From Stellaceae bacterium (GTDB lineage Bacteria > Pseudomonadota > Alphaproteobacteria > ATCC43930 > CGMCC-115725), in NCBI GenBank assembly GCA_035502295.1, contig DATJUL010000274.1, forward strand, positions 1 to 45,917: DNA of 45,917 bases, written 5' to 3'. Both the position numbers and the translations under genes were made by a program. Positions 38,574 to 45,917 of the stretch are shown here, in pieces (the first letter of the stretch is position 1; each line of letters opens with the position of its first letter). The notes below the pieces were generated by a model that did not search any database, was not told the DNA's origin, and saw only the letters and a program-made list of their open reading frames with translations.

Positions 38574-41324
38574 ATGTCGCCGGTTGGCGTGGACCACATG
38601 ATTGCCGGCAAACAGCCACAGCTCCTTGCCACCAAAATCCTGCCGCCACGCGGTTCGGCGGGGCTGATCGACCGGCCCCGGTTGGTGGGCCTGACCGCCC
38701 AACTGCAGGAGAAGCAGCTCACCGTGATCAAGGCGGCTGCCGGGTTTGGCAAGACGTCTCTCGCGCTCGCCTGGGCGGATGATCTTCGGCAGAGCGGGAA
38801 CTCGGTCGCATGGCTTGCCCTCGACCCCGACGACAACGAGCCGACCCGATTTCTCTTCTATGTGGCCCACGCGTTGCGGCGCGGCTGCAACGGCGTCGGC
38901 GAAGCGGTCATCAGCCAGATCTCCGAATTTTTCTTCTTAGTACCGGTAAATACGATCGTTGCCACTTTGATCAACGAGCTGGCCGACAGCGAAGATGAAA
39001 TCTATTTGTTCCTGGACGACTATCACTGGGTAACCCATCGTGAAATACATGACGCCTTGTCGTTCTTGCTGCAACATGCCCCGAGCCAATTTCATCTCGT
39101 GCTGACCACGCGCACGGAGCCGCCTCTCCCTCTGGCTCGACTACGCGCCCAAAACCGGTTTTTGGAGATCGACCCGGCGGCACTGCGCTTTGACCTGGAC
39201 GAGACGCGTCGCTTTCTCGAACACGCGAATCTCGGCACGCTGGAGCCGTCCGATATCAGGCTGTTGTGCGCGAAGACCGAGGGTTGGCCCGCGGTCCTTC
39301 GGATCATCGCTTCCACCTCCTCGCAGTCGGGACAAGATTTCGAGCAGTACGTGCACGCGCTGTCCAGCGCGCTACGCCCAATCGGCGCCTATCTCGACGA
39401 GATGCTCGACATCCTTCCGCGTAACATGATCGAGTTCATGATGCGGAGCGCCATCCTCGACCGCCTTTGCGCCCCCCTATGCCAAGCGGTGACGGGCACG
39501 GGGTCGGACCGGAATGTGCTGGAATCGATAGAGGTGCGCCAGTTGCTGCTGGTTCCCCTCGATCAGGAACGGCGATGGTACCGCTATCACCCGCTGCTGG
39601 GTGGTCATCTCCGGCAAAGGCTCGATGCTCAACTCAATGACGAAATTCCCGAACTGCATCGGCGCGCGTACCGCTGGTACGCCTCCCAAGAGTTGTGGAC
39701 GGATGCGGTCCAGCACGCGATAGCGGCAGGTGACACGGACCTGGCCATCAGCTGGATCGAGAGCTGCGCCATGGCTCTGGTCAAGAAGGGCGATTTGCTG
39801 ACCCTGCTCGGCTGGCAGCGATTGTTTCCGACTGAATTGATCCGCAGCCAGATCAGGGTCAGGCTTGCGATCGCCTGGGGACTGGCGCTCGCAATGCGGT
39901 TCGAGGAATCGCTGCAGCTACTGGCAAATATCGAACACGACAATGACGGCGGTGATACACAGGAGGTAGAGGTTCTCAGATACGAATGCCAGACTATACG
40001 CGCGGTTGTAGCCGCTTTGAGCGACGACACCCGGACAGCGCTGCCTCTCGCCGAAGCCTGTTTCCGGCAGCCGCCGACGGATCCTTGGACTACCAATGTC
40101 GCTTCGAACGTAGCCCGCTTATGTCACTGGAAGGCGGACGATCTAAAAAGTTTTTATGCGACGCCATGGATACCTTACTCCGATGAGGAGGACAGATGGA
40201 ACGTCTTCTCATCGATCTATCGGCTCTGTTTCCAAGGTTTGGTCGAGTTCCAGCAGCTTCGGGTCGCCGCGGCGGAAGGCTATTACCTCGACGCCATGCG
40301 GCTGGCGGAACAGCATGTCGGGCCGAACTCGGTAGCGGCAGCCTTGCCCGCAAGCCTAATCGCCGAGATACGTTATGAACAGGGCCGGTTGGACGAAGCG
40401 GAAGCCTGTGTTGTCGACCGGATCCCGATCATTATCGCCACCGCAATGCTGGAATGCGTATCGCGGACGTTCATCGTATTGGCGCGAATTGCTGCTCGCC
40501 GCAATAACATTCGGCGAGCCTACGCGCTGTTGCAACAAGCGGAGAATTTAGGCGACACGCGCAAATGGGGTCGGTTGGTCGCCGGCGCTCTGTTGGAACG
40601 GCTCAGGTTCAATCTCGCGGAAGGTCGAACCGGCGAGGCCAGCGCATGCCTAGATCGCCTCGAGCGGATTGCAGCCGAATATCCGACCCCGATACGTTGC
40701 GCCTGGTCCGAAATCCATTACTACACCGCGCTCGCGCGCGCTCATATGGCCCAGGCCGAAAATCGTCTCTGGGATGCGGCTGCCATCTTTGCAGAGCTGC
40801 ACCGGGAGGCCGAAGTCACCCACAATGATTACCTGGCACTGCGCACCGGTGCGCAGCTGGTCGCGGTTTTGCTCGGTGCGAACCAGCCAGCCGAAGCCGC
40901 GAATGCGTTTCGCAGGCTCCTTAGCGCGGCTGCACCGGCCGCGATCTATCAGACTATTCTGGATCAGGGCCCGGCGATCGGCACGATGTTGATGCGCTTT
41001 GAGGAGAAAGCCAAACGCACCGGTATTCCCCAAGAGCTCCTACCCTACCTCGACAGTCTCATTGCACGCGGGCGCGACCGCTACCAATGCGGACTGGCGT
41101 CGAGCCCGTCAGCGGTGATCCCCGAGTCGGTGAGCGCTCGCGAACGTAATGTTCTCGAGTTGATTGGGCAAGGCCAGTCCAACAAAGAAATCGCCCGAGA
41201 GCTCGGCATTACACCCGAGACGGTTAAATCTCACGTCAAGAGCATTTTTGCGAAGCTCGCGGTGCAACGGCGTGCGCAGGCGCTCTCTCGCGCCCAGAGC
41301 CTCGGGCTGATCCGGATGCAATAG
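38574..41324 (+). CDS. MalT-like LuxR-family STAND transcriptional regulator (P-loop NTPase + helical repeats + C-terminal LuxR/GerE HTH)
   Basis: 916-aa ORF. N-terminus LATKILPPRGSAGLIDRPRL, Walker A AAAGFGKTSLA, Walker B IYLFLDDYHWV. The C-terminal SARERNVLELIGQGQSNKEIARELGITPETVKSHVKSIFAKL is the LuxR HTH. GGGAGG SD 5 nt upstream of the ATG. Confidence 0.9.
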   Translation: MSPVGVDHMIAGKQPQLLATKILPPRGSAGLIDRPRLVGLTAQLQEKQLTVIKAAAGFGKTSLALAWADDLRQSGNSVAWLALDPDDNEPTRFLFYVAHALRRGCNGVGEAVISQISEFFFLVPVNTIVATLINELADSEDEIYLFLDDYHWVTHREIHDALSFLLQHAPSQFHLVLTTRTEPPLPLARLRAQNRFLEIDPAALRFDLDETRRFLEHANLGTLEPSDIRLLCAKTEGWPAVLRIIASTSSQSGQDFEQYVHALSSALRPIGAYLDEMLDILPRNMIEFMMRSAILDRLCAPLCQAVTGTGSDRNVLESIEVRQLLLVPLDQERRWYRYHPLLGGHLRQRLDAQLNDEIPELHRRAYRWYASQELWTDAVQHAIAAGDTDLAISWIESCAMALVKKGDLLTLLGWQRLFPTELIRSQIRVRLAIAWGLALAMRFEESLQLLANIEHDNDGGDTQEVEVLRYECQTIRAVVAALSDDTRTALPLAEACFRQPPTDPWTTNVASNVARLCHWKADDLKSFYATPWIPYSDEEDRWNVFSSIYRLCFQGLVEFQQLRVAAAEGYYLDAMRLAEQHVGPNSVAAALPASLIAEIRYEQGRLDEAEACVVDRIPIIIATAMLECVSRTFIVLARIAARRNNIRRAYALLQQAENLGDTRKWGRLVAGALLERLRFNLAEGRTGEASACLDRLERIAAEYPTPIRCAWSEIHYYTALARAHMAQAENRLWDAAAIFAELHREAEVTHNDYLALRTGAQLVAVLLGANQPAEAANAFRRLLSAAAPAAIYQTILDQGPAIGTMLMRFEEKAKRTGIPQELLPYLDSLIARGRDRYQCGLASSPSAVIPESVSARERNVLELIGQGQSNKEIARELGITPETVKSHVKSIFAKLAVQRRAQALSRAQSLGLIRMQ

Positions 41325-41550
41325 GTCTGAGATCCTGCACCGGCAATGGCGCGCTCTCGTGGCGTTAACGCGGCGCACGTACGCGGAAGTGCAGCTTCGC
41401 GTTGAATACGTGATTATAATCGGATTAAGATGGGAAAGGGCCTGGAGCGATCTCGCTCAGGTCCTCAAAGGGGCAATCCGGCCTTTCAAGCGCGGCAGCG
41501 AACCGCGGATTCGGGTCGAAGTTGGGAATTCCGGGGAGGTTCGGCGGCGC

Positions 41551-42489
41551 TCACGCGCCGCCCTCGGTGAAGCGCCACACCGGAATGCCGAACCGCCGGG
41601 CCTTGTCGGCGAGGTTGTCCTGGATGCCGGTGCCGGGGAAGACGATGACGCCGATCGGCATCGCGTCGAGCATCTGGTCGTTGCGTTTGAACGGGGCAGC
41701 CTTGGCGTGCCGGGTCCAGTCGGGCTTGAAGGCGATCTGCGTCACCTCGCGGCTGTCGGCCCAGTAGGCGGCGATGCGCTCGGCACCCTTCGGCGAGCCG
41801 CCGTGCAGCAGCACTATGTCGGGGTGCTTGACATGGACCTTGTCGAGCGTGTCCCAGATCGCGCGGTGGTCGTTGCAGTCGAGCCCGCCGGTGAAGGCGA
41901 TCCTGGGGCCGACGGGGAGCAGCACCTCGTTGTCGGCGCGGCGTTTGGCGGCGATGAAATCGCGGCTGTCGATCATCGCCGCGGTCAGGGTGCGGTGATT
42001 GACAAGCGATCCCGAGCGCGGCCGCCATGCCGAGCCGGTGTGGCGTTCGAACTGTTCGGCGGCCTGGTCGCGGAAGAACTCCATCGCATTGCGGCGCTCG
42101 ATGAGAGTCAGGCCTTGTGCGGTCAGGCGCTCGAGCTCGACCGATCGGATCTCGGAGCCGTCCTGCTCTTTCTGGCTCTTCCGCTGTGCCTGCTCGTTGT
42201 CGTCGAGCGAGCGTTCGATGCGGCCGACGGTGCGGTGGAAGAGGTTGACCGCCGACCACATCAGGTCTTCGAGGTCGGGTTCGAGGCGAGTGTCGGCGAG
42301 GGTGGCGACGAGGGCGTCGAAGATGTCGGCGACGGCGCCGCCGACGGCGTTGGCTTCGGGCAGTGGTCGCGGGTCGGGCTCGTCCTCGAACGGGTGGTAG
42401 CCGTAGAGCTGCAGCTCGGCGAGGACGTGGTCGGTCGGAGAGGAGGTGTGCGCTTCGTCGAGGTCGAGGTCGTCGCGATCGGTCGTCAT
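41551..42489 (-). CDS. DUF2493 (SLOG-like) domain protein typical of conjugative/integrative elements
   Basis: Starts MTTDRDD inside the 323-aa ORF. The C-terminal IAFTGGLDCNDHRAIWDTLDKVHVKHPDIVLLHGGSPKGAERIAAYWA...FKRNDQML matches my recollection of DUF2493 proteins, which sit next to Toprim and strawberry-notch genes in alphaproteobacterial ICEs. Confidence 0.78.
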   Translation of the reverse strand: MTTDRDDLDLDEAHTSSPTDHVLAELQLYGYHPFEDEPDPRPLPEANAVGGAVADIFDALVATLADTRLEPDLEDLMWSAVNLFHRTVGRIERSLDDNEQAQRKSQKEQDGSEIRSVELERLTAQGLTLIERRNAMEFFRDQAAEQFERHTGSAWRPRSGSLVNHRTLTAAMIDSRDFIAAKRRADNEVLLPVGPRIAFTGGLDCNDHRAIWDTLDKVHVKHPDIVLLHGGSPKGAERIAAYWADSREVTQIAFKPDWTRHAKAAPFKRNDQMLDAMPIGVIVFPGTGIQDNLADKARRFGIPVWRFTEGGA

Positions 42490-42857
42490 CGTGATGTCCC
42501 TTGCCGGATCGGCCGCGCCCATCGCGGCCTTCAGGCGGTCACCAGGCGGTGGGCGGGGCGGGCCGGCACCGCCGAGCGCAGCGACGGCGGCCGGAGCAGC
42601 GCGGAGGACAGCGGTCCCGCTTTCTTGTCTCGCGAGGAATGCCGGCGATCCGGGGTCCCCGCCACGCTTACGTGGCGGGGTGGTGGCGGCAGGGGAAGAA
42701 AGCAGAAGGACCGCCGTTGCCGGCCCGGCGCGTCTGCCGTCCGATCGCCATCTCGAAGGCCGGGCGCCGGCCTCTACGGCAAGAGTGCGTCAACGGCGAT
42801 CCGATGTGACGGCCGACCTTCGGAGAGGCTGAAGCCTCATTCCGTTCACGGCCTCGG

Positions 42858-43889
42858 TCAGAGCAGGAAACGGACGACGTCCTCCGGTGCGAGCATGATC
42901 CGCAGTGCGGTACGCAGCTCCTCGATGCCGAGGCGGCGCAGGTCTTCGTTGAAGTCCGAAAAGCGCGGCGTCAGCGCGATCGCATCGATGCCCGCCCGAT
43001 GCGCTCGGTCGGCGAGTGCCTTCGTCGCAGTCTCGCCGGCCAGGTCACGGTCGCGCGCGATATAGAGGCGCTGCAATGCCGGGGGGAACAGGATCGCGGC
43101 GAGGTGGTTGGCCGAGAGTGCGGCCAGCATCGGCATGCCGGGCAATGCCATGCGTAGAGACAGCATGGTTTCGATGCCTTCGCCGGCGGCCATCGTGTCA
43201 CTCGCCACGCCAAAGCGGACGCCGTGGCCGAGGAGGTGACCCATCGCGCGGCGCGGCGTGTCGATCGGCGCCTTGGCGCAGCCGGACGGGTCGAGCCAGG
43301 TGCGGTGCACGCCGGTGATCCAGCCGTCGAGGTCGGTGACGGCGGCGATCAATGCCGGCCAGATCTCGGTCGGAGAGTGCGGGTCGGAGCGATAGAAGCA
43401 GCGCGGGTGGAAGCGCAGGGCTTCGGTTCCGGCGACCACGGTTATTCCGCGCTCGCGCAAATAGGCCTCGGCAACGGTGTCGGCGATCGGCCGCGACATC
43501 GCGAACAGGCGCCGGGCGGATTCCGGGTAACCGGTAGATGCCGAGGTCGAGCGATGGACCCGGTCGAGATCCGCTGCCGGCCGCGGCAGGCGCAGGAAAG
43601 CGCGGGCCTCGTCGAGCGTGTCATGCAGATGGTCGAGGCCGCGGTTGAGCGCGATCAGATCGAGCAGATCGCCATACTGACCCGAGGCAGCGTCGGTCCA
43701 ATTGCCCGCAGCACCCTTGCCGGATTCCGGTCCGGTCAGCCGGACGAAGAGGCTGCGGCCCGGCGTGTTGCCGACGTCGCCGACGAGCCAGTAGCGGCCG
43801 CTGCGCCGGCCGTTCGACAGGCAATGGCGGCACACCGCCTCGGCATCGCGCGCGAGGCACCGCGCCAGTTCGGCAGCAAGGGAGGACAT
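42858..43889 (-). CDS. Toprim-domain protein (DUF7146 / P4-alpha zinc-binding-like N-terminus), ICE-associated
   Basis: Starts MSSLAAELARCLARDAEAVCRHCLSNGRR. Continues ..GSVFVRLTG-like, then ..AAGEGIETMLSL.. and ..YIARDRDLAGE.. Toprim acidic motifs. It begins 7 nt after the sbno stop. Confidence 0.78.
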   Translation of the reverse strand: MSSLAAELARCLARDAEAVCRHCLSNGRRSGRYWLVGDVGNTPGRSLFVRLTGPESGKGAAGNWTDAASGQYGDLLDLIALNRGLDHLHDTLDEARAFLRLPRPAADLDRVHRSTSASTGYPESARRLFAMSRPIADTVAEAYLRERGITVVAGTEALRFHPRCFYRSDPHSPTEIWPALIAAVTDLDGWITGVHRTWLDPSGCAKAPIDTPRRAMGHLLGHGVRFGVASDTMAAGEGIETMLSLRMALPGMPMLAALSANHLAAILFPPALQRLYIARDRDLAGETATKALADRAHRAGIDAIALTPRFSDFNEDLRRLGIEELRTALRIMLAPEDVVRFLL

Positions 43890-43896
43890 CGCCGTC

Positions 43897-45435
43897 TCAT
43901 GCCGCCTGCCTGCCGGCAAGGCGGACGAGCGGGAAGCGGTCCAGAAGGGTGCCGAGGATTGTCGGCCCGGCATCCCCGGTCGGCACGAACAGCCTGAGCT
44001 TCCAGGTGATGATCTCGGAAACGAGGCCCATCGCCTTCAGGCGGTCGACCAATCCGCTCGTAAAGCCCGAGAGCTCGACGCGGTATTCGCCCATGACCCG
44101 GACGCGGCGGAGCTCGAGCCCGTCCTGCAACTGCAGAATGGTCCTGCCGCCGAGCACGGCGTTCCACGCGTCGGCGGGGGCCAGGGCCGGCGTGTCGGTG
44201 GCGGCCTGCGCGACCCAGGCAGGCGAGACGAGGCGGCCGATGACGCGTTCGCCGTCGTCCGTCTGCAGCCGGTAGACGCGGCAGTGTTCGTCGGGCAGTC
44301 GCCGCCAGATTGGCAACAGCAGGCCGGTGACAATGTGCAAATCGCTATCGGTGAAGACCGGGATCTCGGCGAGTTCTGCCTCCCAGGCGCAGGCAAAGCT
44401 TTCCCGATCGGCCTTCTGCCAATGGGTCTGGGCGAGTCGATCCAGCGGGATCGCCGTGCGGTCCATCGGCCGCAGCAGGCGCACGCGGCGCTCGACGCGG
44501 CCGTCGTCGAGCATCAGGCTCGGCGCCGGCACCTGGACCGCTGCGCGGCCGGATTGGGTATTAACGAGCAGGACGGCGCGCGGATCGCCGGCGCGGTCGA
44601 GCGCGGCTTCGAGGGTCATCGGCCGGTTACGCTCGCGCCGCCGGATCGTGAAGATCTCCGTTTCGGCGCCGGTCTGTGGATGGACATAGAGCGTCCGCCG
44701 GCCTGCGATGGTCAGGCTCTCGGCGGTCAATGTCTCGACGCCGAGATCGTAGGTGCCGGAGGCGATCGCGCCCTCGATCTTTGCCTGCAGGAGGTCGTCG
44801 AAGACGCCGAAGAGCCGGTTCTGCAGCTCGATCGTCAGCGCCAGCAGGCGGTTGAGGAAGGTCGTGACCGGCGGCAGGTCCTCGCGCAGGCTGCCGTCAT
44901 TGCCGGTGAGCTTGAGCCCCGTCGCGTCCTCGAAGGCCTGCAGCGGGCACTCCTCGATCTTGCCGGAATAGAGCAGCACGTAGAGCTGGCGCAGCGCGGC
45001 GCGGGCATAGACCGATTCGAGGTTGTCGTCGGCGCGGAACAGCCCGTGCCCGCCGGTCTGGCGCTGGCCGCGGGTGATCGCACCCAAGGTGTCGAGCCGG
45101 CGCGCGATCGTCGACAGAAAGCGCTTCTCAGCCTTGACGTTGGTCGCGATCGGCCGGAACAGCGGCGGCTGCGCCTGGTTCGTCCGGTTGCTGCGCCCGA
45201 GGCCCTGAATCGCCGTGTCGGCCTTCCAGCCGGCCTCGAGCAGGTAATGGACGCGCAGCCGCCGGTTCTTGGCCGCGAAATCGGCGTGGTAGCTGCGGCC
45301 GGTGCCGCCGGCGTCGCTGAAGACGAGGATCCGCTTCTCGTCCTCCATGAAGGCCTGCGCCTCGGCGAGGTTGACCGAAGCGGCGCGGCTCTCGACGCAG
45401 AGCCGCTCGTTCTTGCGGACGCATGCGCCGTACAT
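43897..45435 (-). CDS. strawberry-notch-family helicase, C-terminal ~512 aa only (5'-truncated; full-length genes are about 1400+ aa)
   Basis: Contains ILVFSDAGGTGRSYHAD...LLEAGWKADTAIQGLGRSNRTNQAQPPLFRPIATNVKAEKRFLSTIARRLDTLGAITRGQRQTGG, which is the helicase C-terminal motif region plus the Sbno C-terminal domain. A stop lies 4 codons upstream of the first Met. There is no helicase N-lobe or methyltransferase part. Confidence 0.8.
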   Translation of the reverse strand: MYGACVRKNERLCVESRAASVNLAEAQAFMEDEKRILVFSDAGGTGRSYHADFAAKNRRLRVHYLLEAGWKADTAIQGLGRSNRTNQAQPPLFRPIATNVKAEKRFLSTIARRLDTLGAITRGQRQTGGHGLFRADDNLESVYARAALRQLYVLLYSGKIEECPLQAFEDATGLKLTGNDGSLREDLPPVTTFLNRLLALTIELQNRLFGVFDDLLQAKIEGAIASGTYDLGVETLTAESLTIAGRRTLYVHPQTGAETEIFTIRRRERNRPMTLEAALDRAGDPRAVLLVNTQSGRAAVQVPAPSLMLDDGRVERRVRLLRPMDRTAIPLDRLAQTHWQKADRESFACAWEAELAEIPVFTDSDLHIVTGLLLPIWRRLPDEHCRVYRLQTDDGERVIGRLVSPAWVAQAATDTPALAPADAWNAVLGGRTILQLQDGLELRRVRVMGEYRVELSGFTSGLVDRLKAMGLVSEIITWKLRLFVPTGDAGPTILGTLLDRFPLVRLAGRQAA

Positions 45436-45652
45436 CGCCTGTGACTACGCTTGTCCTGATCCGGCCACGCAGGTTGCTTCCCGATGCCGCCCTTTCCCGG
45501 AGAGCCTGAAGCGAAATCAATTCGAGCTCACCGATTTCATAGCTCGTGCCATTGATCCGAGAGCAGAGTCTCCCGCTCGTGACTTCAAGCCGGGCACGGG
45601 TTTCCTCGTAACCGTCTTCTCGAAACCCGGTGAGCGTTTCGAACCAATCCAT
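45436..45652 (-). pseudogene. N-terminal ~70 codons of an unidentified conserved protein, truncated at the junction with sbno
   Basis: MDWFETLTGFREDGYEETRARLEVTSGRLCSRINGTSYEIGELELISLQALRERAASG..VVTGDVRRM looks like genuine coding sequence. Beyond about 45440 the ORF (45128..45652) merely reads the sbno gene out of frame. Confidence 0.4.
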
Positions 45653-45813
45653 CGGCGACCCCCTTTTCTCAGCACGCTGTCGAGCGAAGACTGAGGACGT
45701 ACTCTTCTTGCTCGGATGTCCTCTCGGTCCTCAGCTCCCAGGACTGGGTACGGCCGCCTGGCAGCACAGCAGCGTGCGACACCACCAGCCGCTTCAGCGC
45801 TTCCCATTCCGAG

Positions 45814-45917
45814 ATGGCGCCCGCGCGAGGGCCGGTGCTCCTCAAGGTCAATTACGGCGGCGACCTCAACCTCACCCAGCTGGCACACGGCACCGGTGTT
45901 CTCGACGAGCGCTACGC
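45814..45917 (+). CDS. possible 5' end of an unidentified gene running off the right edge
   Basis: The plus frame MAPARGPVLLKVNYGGDLNLTQLAHGTGVLDERY.. has strongly G/C-biased third positions, unlike the antisense frames. There is no clear SD and I recognised no family. Confidence 0.25.
   Translation, partial: MAPARGPVLLKVNYGGDLNLTQLAHGTGVLDERY

Larger units (their letters stand above)
41551..45652 (-). mobile_element. remnant of an integrative/conjugative element maintenance module (DUF2493 - Toprim - truncated strawberry notch)
   Basis: This is a characteristic gene trio in the characteristic order. sbno is truncated and abuts an unrelated gene fragment. No integrase, relaxase or T4SS gene is present in the window. 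Confidence 0.6.

Noticed and set aside
29421-41324. Interpreting the four STAND NTPases as an Avs-type antiphage defence island because they neighbour a mobile-element remnant.
   Set aside because: Known antiviral STANDs carry nuclease, protease or other toxic effector domains. Here the N- or C-terminal output domains are plain DNA-binding modules (OmpR-type wHTH, LuxR HTH), and no effector gene is adjacent. A role in transcriptional regulation is the better-supported reading. A defence role cannot be excluded, but nothing in the sequence supports it.
41408-41420. TTGAAT ... TATAAT in the AT-rich patch after the MalT-like gene, as a promoter.
   Set aside because: The two hexamers are only about 7 nt apart, far from the 16-18 nt spacing needed. 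No credible plus-strand gene follows.
41491-41507. A tRNA-like T-arm (cgcgg-cagcgaa-ccgcg; minus-strand loop TTCGCTG) near the presumed element boundary, as a possible tRNA-derived att site.
   Set aside because: The loop lacks the conserved A58 position. No acceptor, anticodon or D-arm can be built around it, and no CCA or matching direct repeat is visible in the window.
45669-45888. Minus-strand ORFs 45669..45851 (60 aa) and 45517..45888 (123 aa) at the right edge.
   Set aside because: Third-codon positions are not GC-biased in these frames, whereas the opposite plus-strand frame is. The ORFs have non-ATG or internal starts and no recognisable motifs.
1-45917. CRISPR arrays, rRNA/tRNA genes, insertion sequences with terminal inverted repeats, and riboswitch-like leaders.
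   Set aside because: I saw no short regularly spaced direct repeats, no transposase-like ORF and no structured-RNA signature while reading the intergenic regions. The only sizeable non-coding stretches (19665-19899, 27208-27438, 38196-38573, 41325-41550, 42523-42857) are described above.

Overview
This is a high-GC (about 65% by eye) chromosomal segment. Gene content and protein sequences look alphaproteobacterial, Hyphomicrobiales/Bradyrhizobium-like, but that taxonomic call is inference only.

Positions 1-21.8 kb are all on the minus strand and form a dense block of TCA and respiratory genes:
- a partial DUF1275/YoaK gene, fumC, an NAD-malic enzyme, lutCBA and hemA (ALA synthase)
- sdhCDAB, then a FUSC/HlyD/DUF1656 efflux cassette, then sdhE
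- cioAB-type cytochrome bd, poxB (carrying an in-frame TAG), a low-GC orphan membrane gene, and ndh (NDH-2)

Positions 21.9-27.2 kb (minus strand) hold a beta-oxidation-like operon: a family III CoA-transferase, an acyl-CoA dehydrogenase, a 3-hydroxyacyl-CoA dehydrogenase, a YWTD-type beta-propeller and an enoyl-CoA hydratase. An orphan MlaC-like gene and a sensor-less histidine kinase follow.

Positions 29.4-41.3 kb (plus strand) are the most unusual part. Three head-to-tail paralogues of about 956 aa each combine an OmpR-type winged helix, an NB-ARC/STAND P-loop and TPR repeats. A MalT/LuxR-type STAND regulator follows them.

Positions 41.5-45.7 kb (minus strand) are a remnant of a conjugative/integrative element: DUF2493, a Toprim protein and a 5'-truncated strawberry-notch helicase.

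The window also carries several gene relics (sdhC, catalase, CoA-transferase, sbno) and two in-frame stops (poxB, the yoaK-like gene). I saw no rRNA, tRNA or CRISPR array.

All calls come from reading the ORF translations and the sequence. No database search was run. Coordinates of starts inside longer ORFs were derived from residue counts in the ORF track.
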